A stretch of DNA of 64,000 nt from Acidobacteriota bacterium (GTDB lineage Bacteria > Acidobacteriota > Vicinamibacteria > Vicinamibacterales > UBA2999): the NCBI GenBank assembly GCA_016871195.1, contig VFZN01000012.1, positions 16,302 to 80,301 of the forward strand. Reading direction: 5' to 3'. The translations under genes and the position numbers were made by a program. Each line of letters starts with the position of its first letter. Within the stretch, counting starts at the first letter, position 1. Positions 38,814 through 48,578 of this stretch are shown here, piece by piece. The notes below the pieces were generated by a model. It did no database searches. It was not told where the DNA came from and worked only from the letters and a program-made list of their open reading frames with translations.

Positions 38814-39707
38814 CTATTTCCTGAGATGGGTATTGAAGAAGTCGACCGTGCGCGTCCAGGCCAGCGCGGCGGCCGCCTCGTCGAAGCGCGGCGTCGTGTC
38901 GTTGTTGAATCCGTGCTGCGTGTTGGGATACGTGTGCATCTCGTAGCGGATGCCGTTGGCCTTGAGCGCCGTCTCGTAGGCGGGCCACAGGGCGTTGATG
39001 CGCTCGTCGGTCGACGCGTAGTGAATGAGCAGCGGCGCCTTGATGCGTGCGGTCTCGTCCGCCGTGGGCGTGTTGCCGTAGAAGGGCACCGCGGCTCCCA
39101 GATCGGGCACGCGGGTCGCGAGCATGTTGGCAATGCCGCCGCCATAGCAGAACCCCAGGGCGCCGATGCGACCCGTGCACTCGGGACGGGCCTTCAGCAC
39201 GGCCACGGCATTGACCATGTCCTCGCGGGTCTTCGCCTGGTCGAGCTTGGCGAAGAGGGTGCGCGCCTCGTCTTCACCGCCGGTGGGATAGCCCCCAAGC
39301 GGTGTGAGGGCATCCGGTGCAAAGGCCACGAAGTTGTCGAGGGCCAGGCGTCGGGCAATGTCCTCGATGTGCGGATTGAGGCCGCGGTTCTCATGCACGA
39401 CGATGATGCCCGGCAGCTTTTCCGCAGCGGCCGCGGGCCTGACGAGATAGCCGCGCATCGTGCCCGATCCGTTCGGCGACGGATACGTAATGTACTCGGC
39501 CTTGAGCCGCGCATCGTCCTTCGTAATCTTCTGCGCCTCGGCAAACTTCGGGCTGAGCGCCTCGAGCATCATCGCCGCGCTCATACCGCCCACGGCATAC
39601 TGACGGGCCTTGTCGAGAAAGCCCCGGCGGTCGAGGGCACCGTGCACGTAAGCGTCGAACAGAATGAGCACGTTCGGGTCAAAGTCGGCGGCGGTCTTGC
39701 GGTCCAT
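38814..39707 (-). CDS. Dienelactone hydrolase family protein (YghX-like)
   Basis: FDAYVHG.LDRRGFL, HENRGLNPHIED, GFCYGG and HGF.NDTTPR; GGAGG RBS. Confidence 0.92.
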   Translation of the reverse strand: MDRKTAADFDPNVLILFDAYVHGALDRRGFLDKARQYAVGGMSAAMMLEALSPKFAEAQKITKDDARLKAEYITYPSPNGSGTMRGYLVRPAAAAEKLPGIIVVHENRGLNPHIEDIARRLALDNFVAFAPDALTPLGGYPTGGEDEARTLFAKLDQAKTREDMVNAVAVLKARPECTGRIGALGFCYGGGIANMLATRVPDLGAAVPFYGNTPTADETARIKAPLLIHYASTDERINALWPAYETALKANGIRYEMHTYPNTQHGFNNDTTPRFDEAAAALAWTRTVDFFNTHLRK

Positions 39708-39812
39708 GGGCATCCTCCGCGCCGATGATAGCCCGAGCGCGTGACGCGGGTGCCGGGCCACGGAGCGGCTCGCCGGTATAATCGGCACACCGTCCGCAAG
39801 CGGTCACCCCCT

Positions 39813-40799
39813 ATGTCGCGTCCCGTCCATCTGGCCTTCCTCGGCTGCGGCTTCATCACAGAGGTGCACAGCCGGCAGCTGCGCGCGCTGGGCTCGTCGG
39901 TGGCGTTGCGCTACGCCAGCCGCGATCGGTCAAAGGCCGAGGCCTATCAGCGCCGGTTCGGCGGTGTGGCCGCCTACGGCGATTACCACGCCGCCATTGC
40001 CGACCCCGACGTCGACGCCGTGGTGGTGGCTGTGCCGCCGCTGTATCACCTGCCACTGACGCTGGACGCACTTGCGGCCGGCAAGCACGTGCTGGTGGAA
40101 AAGCCGGCGTTTCCGACACTTGCCGCCTATGAAGACGTGCGCGCGGCCCGTGACCGGGCCGGTCGCGTGGTGGTGGTCGGCGAAAACGATCACTACAAAC
40201 CGCTCGCCGTGACCCTGCGGCGCCTCATCGCCGAGGGCACCATCGGCGAGATGGTGTTTGCGCACTTCGCGACGATTGCCCATCGCCTGAAGACGGCCGA
40301 CGACTGGCGGAATGACGAAGCCATGGCCGGAGGCGACGCGTTCTTCGAGGAAGGCATTCACTGGCTGCATGTGGCCGGGAGCCTCGGGCCGCGCATCGTC
40401 TCGGCGCACGGATTCCGCCCGCCGGTGTCGCGCCGTGGGCCCGACCGTCGGGCGAAGAGCATGATGGTGGCGTTCCGCTACGACAACGAGGCCGTGGGGG
40501 CGCTGTACTACTCGCGCGAAATTCCTTCGCTGTTCAAGGGCCTGCGGCTCTCGAAGATTTTTGGTCGGGAGGGCGTCATCACCTTCGAGTCGAACGGCGG
40601 AGTGGTCGTGGCGCGGGGCCGGGGATGGCCGCGCGTGATCCTGCCGGGCTTCCGTGATATCCGCGGTTATCAGGCGATGTATCGCGACTTCTTCCGGGCG
40701 ATTCGTGAAGGTACCACCCCCGAGATGCATCTCGAGCGGGCCATGGACGACCAGCGGCTGATGGATCAGGTCTACCGCGATCTGCAGACGCCCGCATGA
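39813..40799 (+). CDS. Gfo/Idh/MocA oxidoreductase
   Basis: FLGCGFI, AGKHVLVEKP and GG.FFEEGIH. TATAAT at 39777. Confidence 0.9.
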   Translation: MSRPVHLAFLGCGFITEVHSRQLRALGSSVALRYASRDRSKAEAYQRRFGGVAAYGDYHAAIADPDVDAVVVAVPPLYHLPLTLDALAAGKHVLVEKPAFPTLAAYEDVRAARDRAGRVVVVGENDHYKPLAVTLRRLIAEGTIGEMVFAHFATIAHRLKTADDWRNDEAMAGGDAFFEEGIHWLHVAGSLGPRIVSAHGFRPPVSRRGPDRRAKSMMVAFRYDNEAVGALYYSREIPSLFKGLRLSKIFGREGVITFESNGGVVVARGRGWPRVILPGFRDIRGYQAMYRDFFRAIREGTTPEMHLERAMDDQRLMDQVYRDLQTPA

Positions 40800-42331
40800 C
40801 CGCGTTGTCCTACGACATCGTCATCATCGGCAGCGGTGCGGGCGGAGGCACGATGGCTCGTGCGCTGTCCCGGTCGGGGGCGCGCATCCTGCTGCTCGAG
40901 CGCGGCGAGCGCGTGCCGCGCGAGGACGAGAACTGGGACCCGGCTGCGGTGTGGCGCGACTTGCGGTACCGTACACGCGAGCAGTGGCAGGACGGCATGA
41001 CCGGCGAGTGGTTCACGCCTTATACGCACGCCAATGTGGGGGGCAACACCAAGTTCTGGGGCAGCGTGCTGTATCGCCTGCGTCGCGAAGATTTCGGAGC
41101 CCTCGAGCACGAAGACGGCACCTCGCCGGCCTGGCCCATCGCGTATGAGGACCTTGCGCCGTTTTACGACCAGGCCGAGCAGTGGTTCGGGGTGCGGGGT
41201 TTGGCCGGCAGCGATCCGACCGATCCACCGCGAGGCGCCTTTCCCCATGCCCCTGTGCCGCACGCTCCCGAGGTGGACGCGGTCGCGCAGGCCTGGACGC
41301 GTGCCGGACTGTCGCCGTCGCATCTGCCACTCGGACTGCTGAACCCAGGCGACGAGGGTGGGTGCATTCTGTGCCGCACGTGCAATTCCTTTCCATGTCG
41401 CATCGGTCGGAAGAGTGATGCGGAAGTGTGTGCCGTTGACCCGGCGATCGACAGCGGGGCCGTGACGCTGTGGACCGGGGCGACAGCGCGGCGTCTGGTC
41501 ACCGATGCGACCGGGCGCCGCGTGTGCGAGGTTGAGGTCGAACGGGCGGGGCAGCGCGTGCGCGTGCAGGCCGGTACGGTCATCGTGTCTGGCGGAGCCG
41601 TGCATTCGGCCGCGTTGCTCCTGCGCTCGGCATCGAGCGCTCACCCCGAGGGGCTGGGCAACCGATCAGGCCTGGTGGGACGCCGCTACATGGCGCATCT
41701 GGCGACCATGATGCAGGGGGTTCAGCCGCTGCGGGTGAATCATGCGGTGTTTCAGAAGACGCTGGCCCTGAATGATTTCTATCTGAAAGGGCCGGATGGG
41801 CGCTTCCCGCTGGGCAATATCCAGTCACAGGGGCGCACGCACGGCATCATGGCCAAGGTCGTAGGTGACACGATGGTGCCTGCGGTGCCGTTGGCCGTGT
41901 ATGACGCGTGGGTGGCGCGCGGCCTTGACTGGCTGGTGATGAGTGAGGACCTGCCGCGCCCCGAGAACCGCGTCACGCTCGACGGGCAGGGCCGCATCCG
42001 CCTGCACTACCGACCCGATAATGTCCGCACACACGACCGCCTCGTGCGGCTGATGCGGCGGATGCTGCGCGACCTTGGGGACTGGGTGGTCGTGGCGCAT
42101 TCACACAAGGCCCGCAACACCACGCACCAGTGCGGCACCCTGGTATTCGGTACCGACCCGGCCTCGTCCGTCCTCGACCCCTGGTGCCGAAGCCACGAGG
42201 TGCGGAATCTGTGGGTGGTCGACGGGTCGTTCTTTCCTTCGTCTGCGGCCGTCAATCCGGGGCTGACCATCGTGGCCCAGGCGCTGCGCGTGGCCGACCA
42301 TCTTCTGAAGGAGTCTTCGTCATGGGCATGA
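40796..42331 (+). CDS. GMC family FAD oxidoreductase with a Cys cluster
   Basis: IIGSGAGG, VGGNTKFWG, CILCRTCNSFPC, HQCGT and AVNPGLTI.A.ALRVAD. Confidence 0.92.
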   Translation: MTALSYDIVIIGSGAGGGTMARALSRSGARILLLERGERVPREDENWDPAAVWRDLRYRTREQWQDGMTGEWFTPYTHANVGGNTKFWGSVLYRLRREDFGALEHEDGTSPAWPIAYEDLAPFYDQAEQWFGVRGLAGSDPTDPPRGAFPHAPVPHAPEVDAVAQAWTRAGLSPSHLPLGLLNPGDEGGCILCRTCNSFPCRIGRKSDAEVCAVDPAIDSGAVTLWTGATARRLVTDATGRRVCEVEVERAGQRVRVQAGTVIVSGGAVHSAALLLRSASSAHPEGLGNRSGLVGRRYMAHLATMMQGVQPLRVNHAVFQKTLALNDFYLKGPDGRFPLGNIQSQGRTHGIMAKVVGDTMVPAVPLAVYDAWVARGLDWLVMSEDLPRPENRVTLDGQGRIRLHYRPDNVRTHDRLVRLMRRMLRDLGDWVVVAHSHKARNTTHQCGTLVFGTDPASSVLDPWCRSHEVRNLWVVDGSFFPSSAAVNPGLTIVAQALRVADHLLKESSSWA

Positions 42332-42849
42332 GTGTCCGGTCGTTCAGCCACGTGGGCATCACGGTGTCCGACTTTCACAAAGCCGTGCAGTTCTACTGGG
42401 AGGTGTTCGGGTGCCCACTGGTGGGCGTCGCCGATACGCCGCCCGAGCGAGTACGCACATTTTTCGGCGTCACAGGGGAGGCCCCGAGCTGCAAGATTGG
42501 CTGGATTCGCGTGCCGGGCGGTGGCGTGCTCGAAATTTTCCACTTTGCACCCAAGCAGCCAGCCGAACCGATTCCGTGGAACCGGGTGGGCCTGACCCAC
42601 ATCTCGTTCAATGTCCGGAATCTCGACCGGTGGTACGATTACCTTGTCCGCAAGGGCGTCGAGATTGTCAGCCGGCCAGAGAAATCGCCGCGCGGCCATT
42701 CGTTCTTCTTCGTGCGCGATTTCGACGGCAATCTCATCGAGATGATGGATCTGGGCTACATGCACTACGTGCTCGACTGGCTGGGTCCGCTGGGAGGCTG
42801 GCTGTTCCGCCGGGGCATGTATCGCCAGTACTACGAATCTCACGGGTAA
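42322..42849 (+). CDS. VOC/glyoxalase family protein
   Basis: SHVGITVSD...A..FY..VFG, LEIF, HISFNV and RDFDGNLIEM. Confidence 0.88.
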   Translation: MGMSVRSFSHVGITVSDFHKAVQFYWEVFGCPLVGVADTPPERVRTFFGVTGEAPSCKIGWIRVPGGGVLEIFHFAPKQPAEPIPWNRVGLTHISFNVRNLDRWYDYLVRKGVEIVSRPEKSPRGHSFFFVRDFDGNLIEMMDLGYMHYVLDWLGPLGGWLFRRGMYRQYYESHG

Positions 42850-42879
42850 TGTCAGTTTCCGAGATATACTCTCACCGAC

Positions 42880-45258
42880 GTGCGAACCGTCGTCCTCGCC
42901 CTCATCGGTGCACTCGCTGCGGCACCCGTCGCGGCGCAATCGTCGCTCACCACCGCCCAGGCGGCGCAGTTTCTTGAACAGTCGACATTCGGGCCATCGG
43001 CCGCGGAGGTGACGCGGGTGACCACCGTGGGTGTGTCGGCCTGGCTGGACGCCGAACTCCAGAAGCCGGTGGGGCTCGTCGATCCGGCCACGACCAACGC
43101 CGATCTGCGTCGGGCGGTGTTCCTCTCGATGGTGCGTGGCGATGACCAGCTCAGGCAGCGGGTGGTCTTCGCCCTGGGGCAGACCCTCGTAGTGTCGTCC
43201 AGCAAATTCGCCAGCGACGGCGTGCAGATGGCCCCGTGGGTCAATCTGCTGCGAACACACGCCTTTGGCAACTACCGCGACCTCATCGAAGCGGTGACCC
43301 TCAACCCTGCGATGGGGGTGTATCTCGACCTCGTCTATAGCCGGCGGGCCACGGCGACCACATCACCCAACGAGAACTATGCGCGCGAACTGCTGCAGTT
43401 GTTTTCGATCGGATTGTGGGAACTGAACCAGGATGGCACCTGGAAGCTCGATGCATCCAGTCGTCCGATTCCCACCTACACCCAGACCGACATCAGGCAA
43501 CTGGCGGAAGCCATGACCGGGTGGACCTTCCCCGGCCCTGAAGGACGGAGCAATCCCGCCACCTACGTCGGGAGCATGGTCCCGGGAGCGGTGTCGGCCC
43601 ATGACGCACGCGCGAAGACCGTGATGGGCACGCCGATTCCGGCAGGCCTGACCACGCGCGCCGAGATGACGCGCGTCCTCGACGTGATTGCCAACCACCC
43701 GAATGTCGGGCCATTCATCGGGACGCGACGACTCATCCGGTCGCTGGTCACCAGCAATCCCAGCCCCGCCTATGTGGCGCGGGTGTCGGCCGTGTTCAAT
43801 AACAACGGTCAGGGTGTGCGCGGCGACCTGGCGGCCGTTATTCGCGCGGTGCTGACCGACGTCGAGGCGCTGACACTGCCCGCCGGGGCCGGGCGCCTGA
43901 AGGACCCGGTGCTGCACATGACCGGGCTCATCCGCGCGATGGGGGCGCCGGTGAGTGACCAGCCTGACTCGTTGCTCGGGCAGCTGTCGGCACTCGGGCA
44001 GAATCCCCTGGCCCCGGCGACCGTGTTCAGCTTCTATTCGCCGCTGACCACCACGCCAAACAATCCCTCGCTGGTGGGTCCGGAATTCCAGATCTATCCT
44101 CCGGCCCTGAGTCTCCAGCGCGCCAACACGCTGTACTGGATCCTCAACGGCAACATGGCCACAAACGTCGCTCCCGACCTGTCGGAGTTCATCGCGCTGG
44201 CCTCGACACCCGCAGTCCTGGTCTCACGCATCAGCGACCGGCTCATGTTCGGACGGATGACGCAGGAACTGCGCGAACTCATCACCTCGGCGACGACGGC
44301 GGTGCCAGCCACCGAGGCGCGGCAGCGGGCGGTCGGAGCACTGTTTCTGGCGGCCGTCTCGAGCGAGTACTCGGTCTACGCCAACAACTCGGGTGCAGGG
44401 GCCCCTACGCTGCAGCCGCCGACCGGGCTCACCACCACCGGGCTGAAGGGCACGCTCGTCACCCTGCGCTGGACGCCGCCCGGTGTCGGGCCTGCCCCTG
44501 CCGGCTACCTCATCGAAGGGGGGCCGGAGCCGGGCACGACCGTGGCCTCGGTGACCACGGCACCGACCGTGCCGCTCATCACCCTCGACGTGCCCGTGGG
44601 GCAGTATAACGTGCGCGTCTCGTCTCTGGATGCCGAAGGGCGCCGCAGCCGGCCCTCGGCCGACATCCGGCTGTTTGTCGGCGTCCCGGCTGGGCCCACG
44701 GCGCCCGTCAATCTGCTCGGGCTGGTGCGGGGCCGGTCTGCCGGCAACAGCGTGAGCCTATCGTGGCGCAACACCTTCGGTGGCGGCGCCCCCGACTACA
44801 TCGCCCTCGATGTGCTGCGCGACGGCGTGCCCTTCAATTCGTTTCCACTGCCGGTCTCCGAGTCGTTCACATTCGACGGTGTGCCCAATGCCACGTATAC
44901 GTTTTCGGTTCGGGCCGTGAACCGCACCGGGTCGAGCGGTTCGTCGAATGCGGTCACGCTGACCTTTGACGATGCGGTCACCTCGTGTTCGGGGGCGCCA
45001 TCGATGCCGATGGGACTCACCAGTGCCGTGCACGGCCACATGGTGACCCTGTCGTGGCAGGCCGCCGCGAGCGGACGCCCGGCGACGGGCTATCGCGTGC
45101 TGGTCAACGGCCCCAGTGGTGCCTCCACCATCAACAATGTCACCGACCGTATCATCAGGGGCCCCGTGGCGCCCGGCACCTACTCGGTGCGCGTGCAGGC
45201 CACCAATCTGTGTGGTGTGAGCACCGCCACGGCAGCCCGCCAGGTGATTGTGCGCTGA
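42880..45258 (+). CDS. DUF1800 protein with three C-terminal fibronectin type III domains
   Basis: FLEQSTFGP, DQLRQRV, NENYARELLQLFSIG and LVTSNPSPAYV; three LxW...Y.V/Y.VRV.A.N modules after about 44400. Confidence 0.88.
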   Translation: MRTVVLALIGALAAAPVAAQSSLTTAQAAQFLEQSTFGPSAAEVTRVTTVGVSAWLDAELQKPVGLVDPATTNADLRRAVFLSMVRGDDQLRQRVVFALGQTLVVSSSKFASDGVQMAPWVNLLRTHAFGNYRDLIEAVTLNPAMGVYLDLVYSRRATATTSPNENYARELLQLFSIGLWELNQDGTWKLDASSRPIPTYTQTDIRQLAEAMTGWTFPGPEGRSNPATYVGSMVPGAVSAHDARAKTVMGTPIPAGLTTRAEMTRVLDVIANHPNVGPFIGTRRLIRSLVTSNPSPAYVARVSAVFNNNGQGVRGDLAAVIRAVLTDVEALTLPAGAGRLKDPVLHMTGLIRAMGAPVSDQPDSLLGQLSALGQNPLAPATVFSFYSPLTTTPNNPSLVGPEFQIYPPALSLQRANTLYWILNGNMATNVAPDLSEFIALASTPAVLVSRISDRLMFGRMTQELRELITSATTAVPATEARQRAVGALFLAAVSSEYSVYANNSGAGAPTLQPPTGLTTTGLKGTLVTLRWTPPGVGPAPAGYLIEGGPEPGTTVASVTTAPTVPLITLDVPVGQYNVRVSSLDAEGRRSRPSADIRLFVGVPAGPTAPVNLLGLVRGRSAGNSVSLSWRNTFGGGAPDYIALDVLRDGVPFNSFPLPVSESFTFDGVPNATYTFSVRAVNRTGSSGSSNAVTLTFDDAVTSCSGAPSMPMGLTSAVHGHMVTLSWQAAASGRPATGYRVLVNGPSGASTINNVTDRIIRGPVAPGTYSVRVQATNLCGVSTATAARQVIVR

Positions 45259-45280
45259 GCATTGGCCCAGACACCCCGCC

Positions 45281-46663
45281 ATGGCACACACTCATCGTCC
45301 GCAACGTCGCCGTTTCCTGAGGTTGAGCGCCCGACTGGCGGCCCTGGGCCTTGCGGGGCTGGGTCTGGATCCGTGGCGTCGCCTGTTTCCCGGGGTGAGT
45401 GCTGCGGCGCGGGCTACCGATTACAAGGCGCTGGTCTGCGTGTATCTGTTCGGGGGCAACGATTCCAGCAACCTCATCGTGCCCCGTCGCAGCGGGCCGG
45501 CGTCGGATCCGTATTCGTTCGAAGCCTATCGTGTCGCACGCAGCGGTCTGGCACTGGGTGCGCCAGGCACGACGACCCTCCTGCCCGACATCGCCGATGC
45601 ATCGGGACAGACGTTTGCCCTGCACGCGGCTGCGGCCGACCTTGATGCCCTGTACCGCTCTGGACAGGCGGCCTTCCTGCTCAACACCGGCGCGCTGACC
45701 CGGCCCCTGACCAAGGCGCAGTATCAGCAGGGGCTCACACGCCCGGCCAATCTGTTCTCACATTCGGACCAGACCAGGCAGGCCTTCACCGCGCAGTCGG
45801 ATGCAACCACGAGCGGATGGGGCGGGCGCCTGCTCGATGTCTTCGGGCCCGGTGATCCGCTGTCGGCGGTTTCGGTCTCGTCGCACTCGGTGTTTCTCGA
45901 AGGGATTGATGTCCGCAGCAATGTCATTCCGCCCGGGTCAAGTCTGGCGCTGGCGGCCCTGAGCGGCCTGTCGGCCGATGCGGCCGATGCGCGGCGTCAG
46001 GCCCTGAATGCGATGGTGCTGATGGACGGCGGCCACCCGCTGCGCGAGGCCGCCAATGGCCAGTTCGCCAGTGGGCTGCAACTGGCGGACACGCTGCAAG
46101 TGAGCGGCAGCCTGCCGACGCTGTCAGTCACGTTTCCGAACACCGGCCTCGGCAATCAACTGCGCGAGGTGGCGCGGCTGATCCGCATCCGCTCGACGAT
46201 GGGACCGGGCCGGCAGGTGTTCTTCTGCTCGATGGGCGGGTTCGACACACACACTGGGCAGCTCGGCACCCACGCCAGTCTGCTGCGGCAGCTCTCGCAG
46301 GGACTGGGCGTGTTCACCACGGCCATGCGGGACCTCGGGCTCGCGGACAAGGTGACGGCGTTCACCCAGTCAGAGTTCAACCGGACGTTCCAGTTCAACG
46401 GTTCGGGCAGCGACCATGCGTGGGGCGGCCATCAGGTCGTACTCGGGGGCGCGGTTCGTGGGGGCATCTATGGCAGCCTGCCGCAGCAGGTGCTGGGTGG
46501 GCCTGACGACGTGGGCACGCGCGGCATGTGGATTCCCACCACCTCTTCTGCGCAGGTCGGGGCGACGCTGGGGCGATGGTTCGGCGCGTCGGATGCCGAG
46601 CTGGCCACGGCGTTTCCCACACTGGTCAATTTCACCAGCACCAACCTCGGCTTCATGGGCTGA
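45281..46663 (+). CDS. DUF1501 protein, Tat substrate
   Basis: RRRFLR, DYKALVC.YLFGGND, LFSHSDQ, GGFDTH, SEFNRT and SDHAWG. Confidence 0.92.
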   Translation: MAHTHRPQRRRFLRLSARLAALGLAGLGLDPWRRLFPGVSAAARATDYKALVCVYLFGGNDSSNLIVPRRSGPASDPYSFEAYRVARSGLALGAPGTTTLLPDIADASGQTFALHAAAADLDALYRSGQAAFLLNTGALTRPLTKAQYQQGLTRPANLFSHSDQTRQAFTAQSDATTSGWGGRLLDVFGPGDPLSAVSVSSHSVFLEGIDVRSNVIPPGSSLALAALSGLSADAADARRQALNAMVLMDGGHPLREAANGQFASGLQLADTLQVSGSLPTLSVTFPNTGLGNQLREVARLIRIRSTMGPGRQVFFCSMGGFDTHTGQLGTHASLLRQLSQGLGVFTTAMRDLGLADKVTAFTQSEFNRTFQFNGSGSDHAWGGHQVVLGGAVRGGIYGSLPQQVLGGPDDVGTRGMWIPTTSSAQVGATLGRWFGASDAELATAFPTLVNFTSTNLGFMG

Positions 46664-46666
46664 GGC

Positions 46667-48529
46667 TTAATAGTCCTTGAGGGTGCGCGGTGGCAGCGCC
46701 GCGCGCAGCGCGTTGACGACGGCGATGATGTCGATGGCCTCTTGCGTCAGCGCACCTGCCACGGGCGGCAGCAGGCCGATGGCGGCCGCGGCCATGCCGA
46801 CGACGCTGAGGGCCATGCCGCCGACGGCGCTCTGCAGGGCAATGCGTCGCATACGGCGTCCGATGTGCAGCAGTTCGTCGACGCGCTCGAGCATGCTGTC
46901 GAGAATGACGGCGCCAGCGGCCTCGGTGATGACCTCGCTGGCCTGGCCGAAGGCGATGCCGACGGTCGCGGTCGCCAGGGCGGGTGCATCGTTGATGCCA
47001 TCACCGATAAAGAGCGTCGGGGCCTTCAGGGTTTCGGCCCGCACAATCTCGACCTTCTGCTCGGGCGACTGCGACGCGTGCACATGCGCGATGCCAACAA
47101 GGTCTGCCAGATAGCGCACCTCGCTGTCGCGATCCCCAGACACCACCAGCGCACGCGTGAATCCGTGCCGATGGCCCAGGTGCTGCACGAAGAGACGTCC
47201 TTCCATGCGCGGCTCGTCCCTGAACTGCAGGGTGGCGGCGTAGGCCTCATCCACAAGCACGACGCACTCGAGGCCCCCGTGCGAGGGCGGAAGCAGCGGA
47301 GCCGCTGAGGGGTATTCGGCCAGCAGGGCCTTCCGGCTGGTGACGCGAATCGTGTGTCCGGCCACGTCGCCGGTGAGTCCCTGCCCGGGGCGTTCACTCA
47401 CGCGCGTGGCCTCGCGCAGGGGAACATTGTGCGCCCGGCCCGCCTCGAGAATGGCTGACGCCAATGGATGGCGCGAGTACTGCTCCACGCTTGCGACCAG
47501 CGACAGCACCTCGGTTACATCGGCGTCCGGCGCAGGGAGCGTGGCGGTCAGCAGCGGGCGGCCGTATGTCAGCGTGCCGGTCTTGTCGAAGATCGCGGTG
47601 CGGCAGCGATCGAGTTGCTCGAGCACGGCCGGATCACGGATGACGATGCCGCGACGGGCGGCCAACGAGACCGAGCCGATGATCGCGACCGGAATGGCAA
47701 TCAGCAGGGGGCACGGTGTGGCGACCACCAGCACGGCGAGGAAACGTGACGGATCACCGGTAGCGACCCACGCGGCTGCGGCAATGGCGAGGGCCAGCGG
47801 CGTGTAAAACGCACCGAGCTGGTCACCGAGCCGACGCAGGGCGGGGCGTCGCTGCTCGGACTCGTGCATCACCTGCATGATGCGCGCGTATCGCGAATCG
47901 GTGGCCGTACGATCGGCGCGGATCATCAGAGCCTCGTCGCCATTAATGGCGCCTGACAGCACCTGAGTGCCCGCCACTTTCGAGAGACGGTAGGGCTCGC
48001 CGGTCAGGTACGACTCGTCCATCGTGCTCTGGCCCTCGAGCACCGTGCCATCGACCGGGCAGATCTCGTGGGGAAACACGACGAGTGTGTCTCCGGGCGC
48101 GATGCGATCGAGCGGCACTTCCTCGACCGCGCCCTCGACCTTGCGATGTGCGCTCGTGGGCATGCGCCGCGCCAGGGCCGCCAGCGCAGACGAGGCGCGC
48201 CTGACGGCATAGGCCTCAAGCGCCTGGCCGCCCGAGAGCATCAGCACGACAAGGGTGCCGGCCAGGTATTCACCCAGCACCACGGAGGTGACGATGGAGA
48301 TGCCGGCGAGCAGGTCGGCGCTGAAGTTGCCGCGTATCACCTGGCGCAGCAGCGACCAGACGAGTGGACCTCCGCCCAGGATGAGTGCGACCAGCAGCGG
48401 AAGATGGACGAGACGAAGACCGCCGATCAGCGCGTCGGCGGCGAACCATCGCAGCGCAAGATGCGCGCCGATGGCGATGATGGCCAGCGCGGCCAGCGTG
48501 GCCTCACGCCCTGGGCGTGCCATGGTCAT
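46667..48529 (-). CDS. Heavy-metal P1B-type ATPase (P1B-5-like)
   Basis: [25 protein letters not shown] and QEAID; no soluble metal-binding domain. Confidence 0.92.
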   Translation of the reverse strand: MTMARPGREATLAALAIIAIGAHLALRWFAADALIGGLRLVHLPLLVALILGGGPLVWSLLRQVIRGNFSADLLAGISIVTSVVLGEYLAGTLVVLMLSGGQALEAYAVRRASSALAALARRMPTSAHRKVEGAVEEVPLDRIAPGDTLVVFPHEICPVDGTVLEGQSTMDESYLTGEPYRLSKVAGTQVLSGAINGDEALMIRADRTATDSRYARIMQVMHESEQRRPALRRLGDQLGAFYTPLALAIAAAAWVATGDPSRFLAVLVVATPCPLLIAIPVAIIGSVSLAARRGIVIRDPAVLEQLDRCRTAIFDKTGTLTYGRPLLTATLPAPDADVTEVLSLVASVEQYSRHPLASAILEAGRAHNVPLREATRVSERPGQGLTGDVAGHTIRVTSRKALLAEYPSAAPLLPPSHGGLECVVLVDEAYAATLQFRDEPRMEGRLFVQHLGHRHGFTRALVVSGDRDSEVRYLADLVGIAHVHASQSPEQKVEIVRAETLKAPTLFIGDGINDAPALATATVGIAFGQASEVITEAAGAVILDSMLERVDELLHIGRRMRRIALQSAVGGMALSVVGMAAAAIGLLPPVAGALTQEAIDIIAVVNALRAALPPRTLKDY

Positions 48530-48578
48530 CGATCAGCCGTTCCCATACCTGGCACCGGCCTGTGGCAGGCGCCGCGCG

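Noticed and set aside
37589-39180. Apparent long N-terminal extensions of the amidase (518 aa) and DUF2256 (261 aa) ORFs
   Set aside because: The extensions overlap other real genes in different frames and are low-complexity; true starts are near 38368 and 38763.
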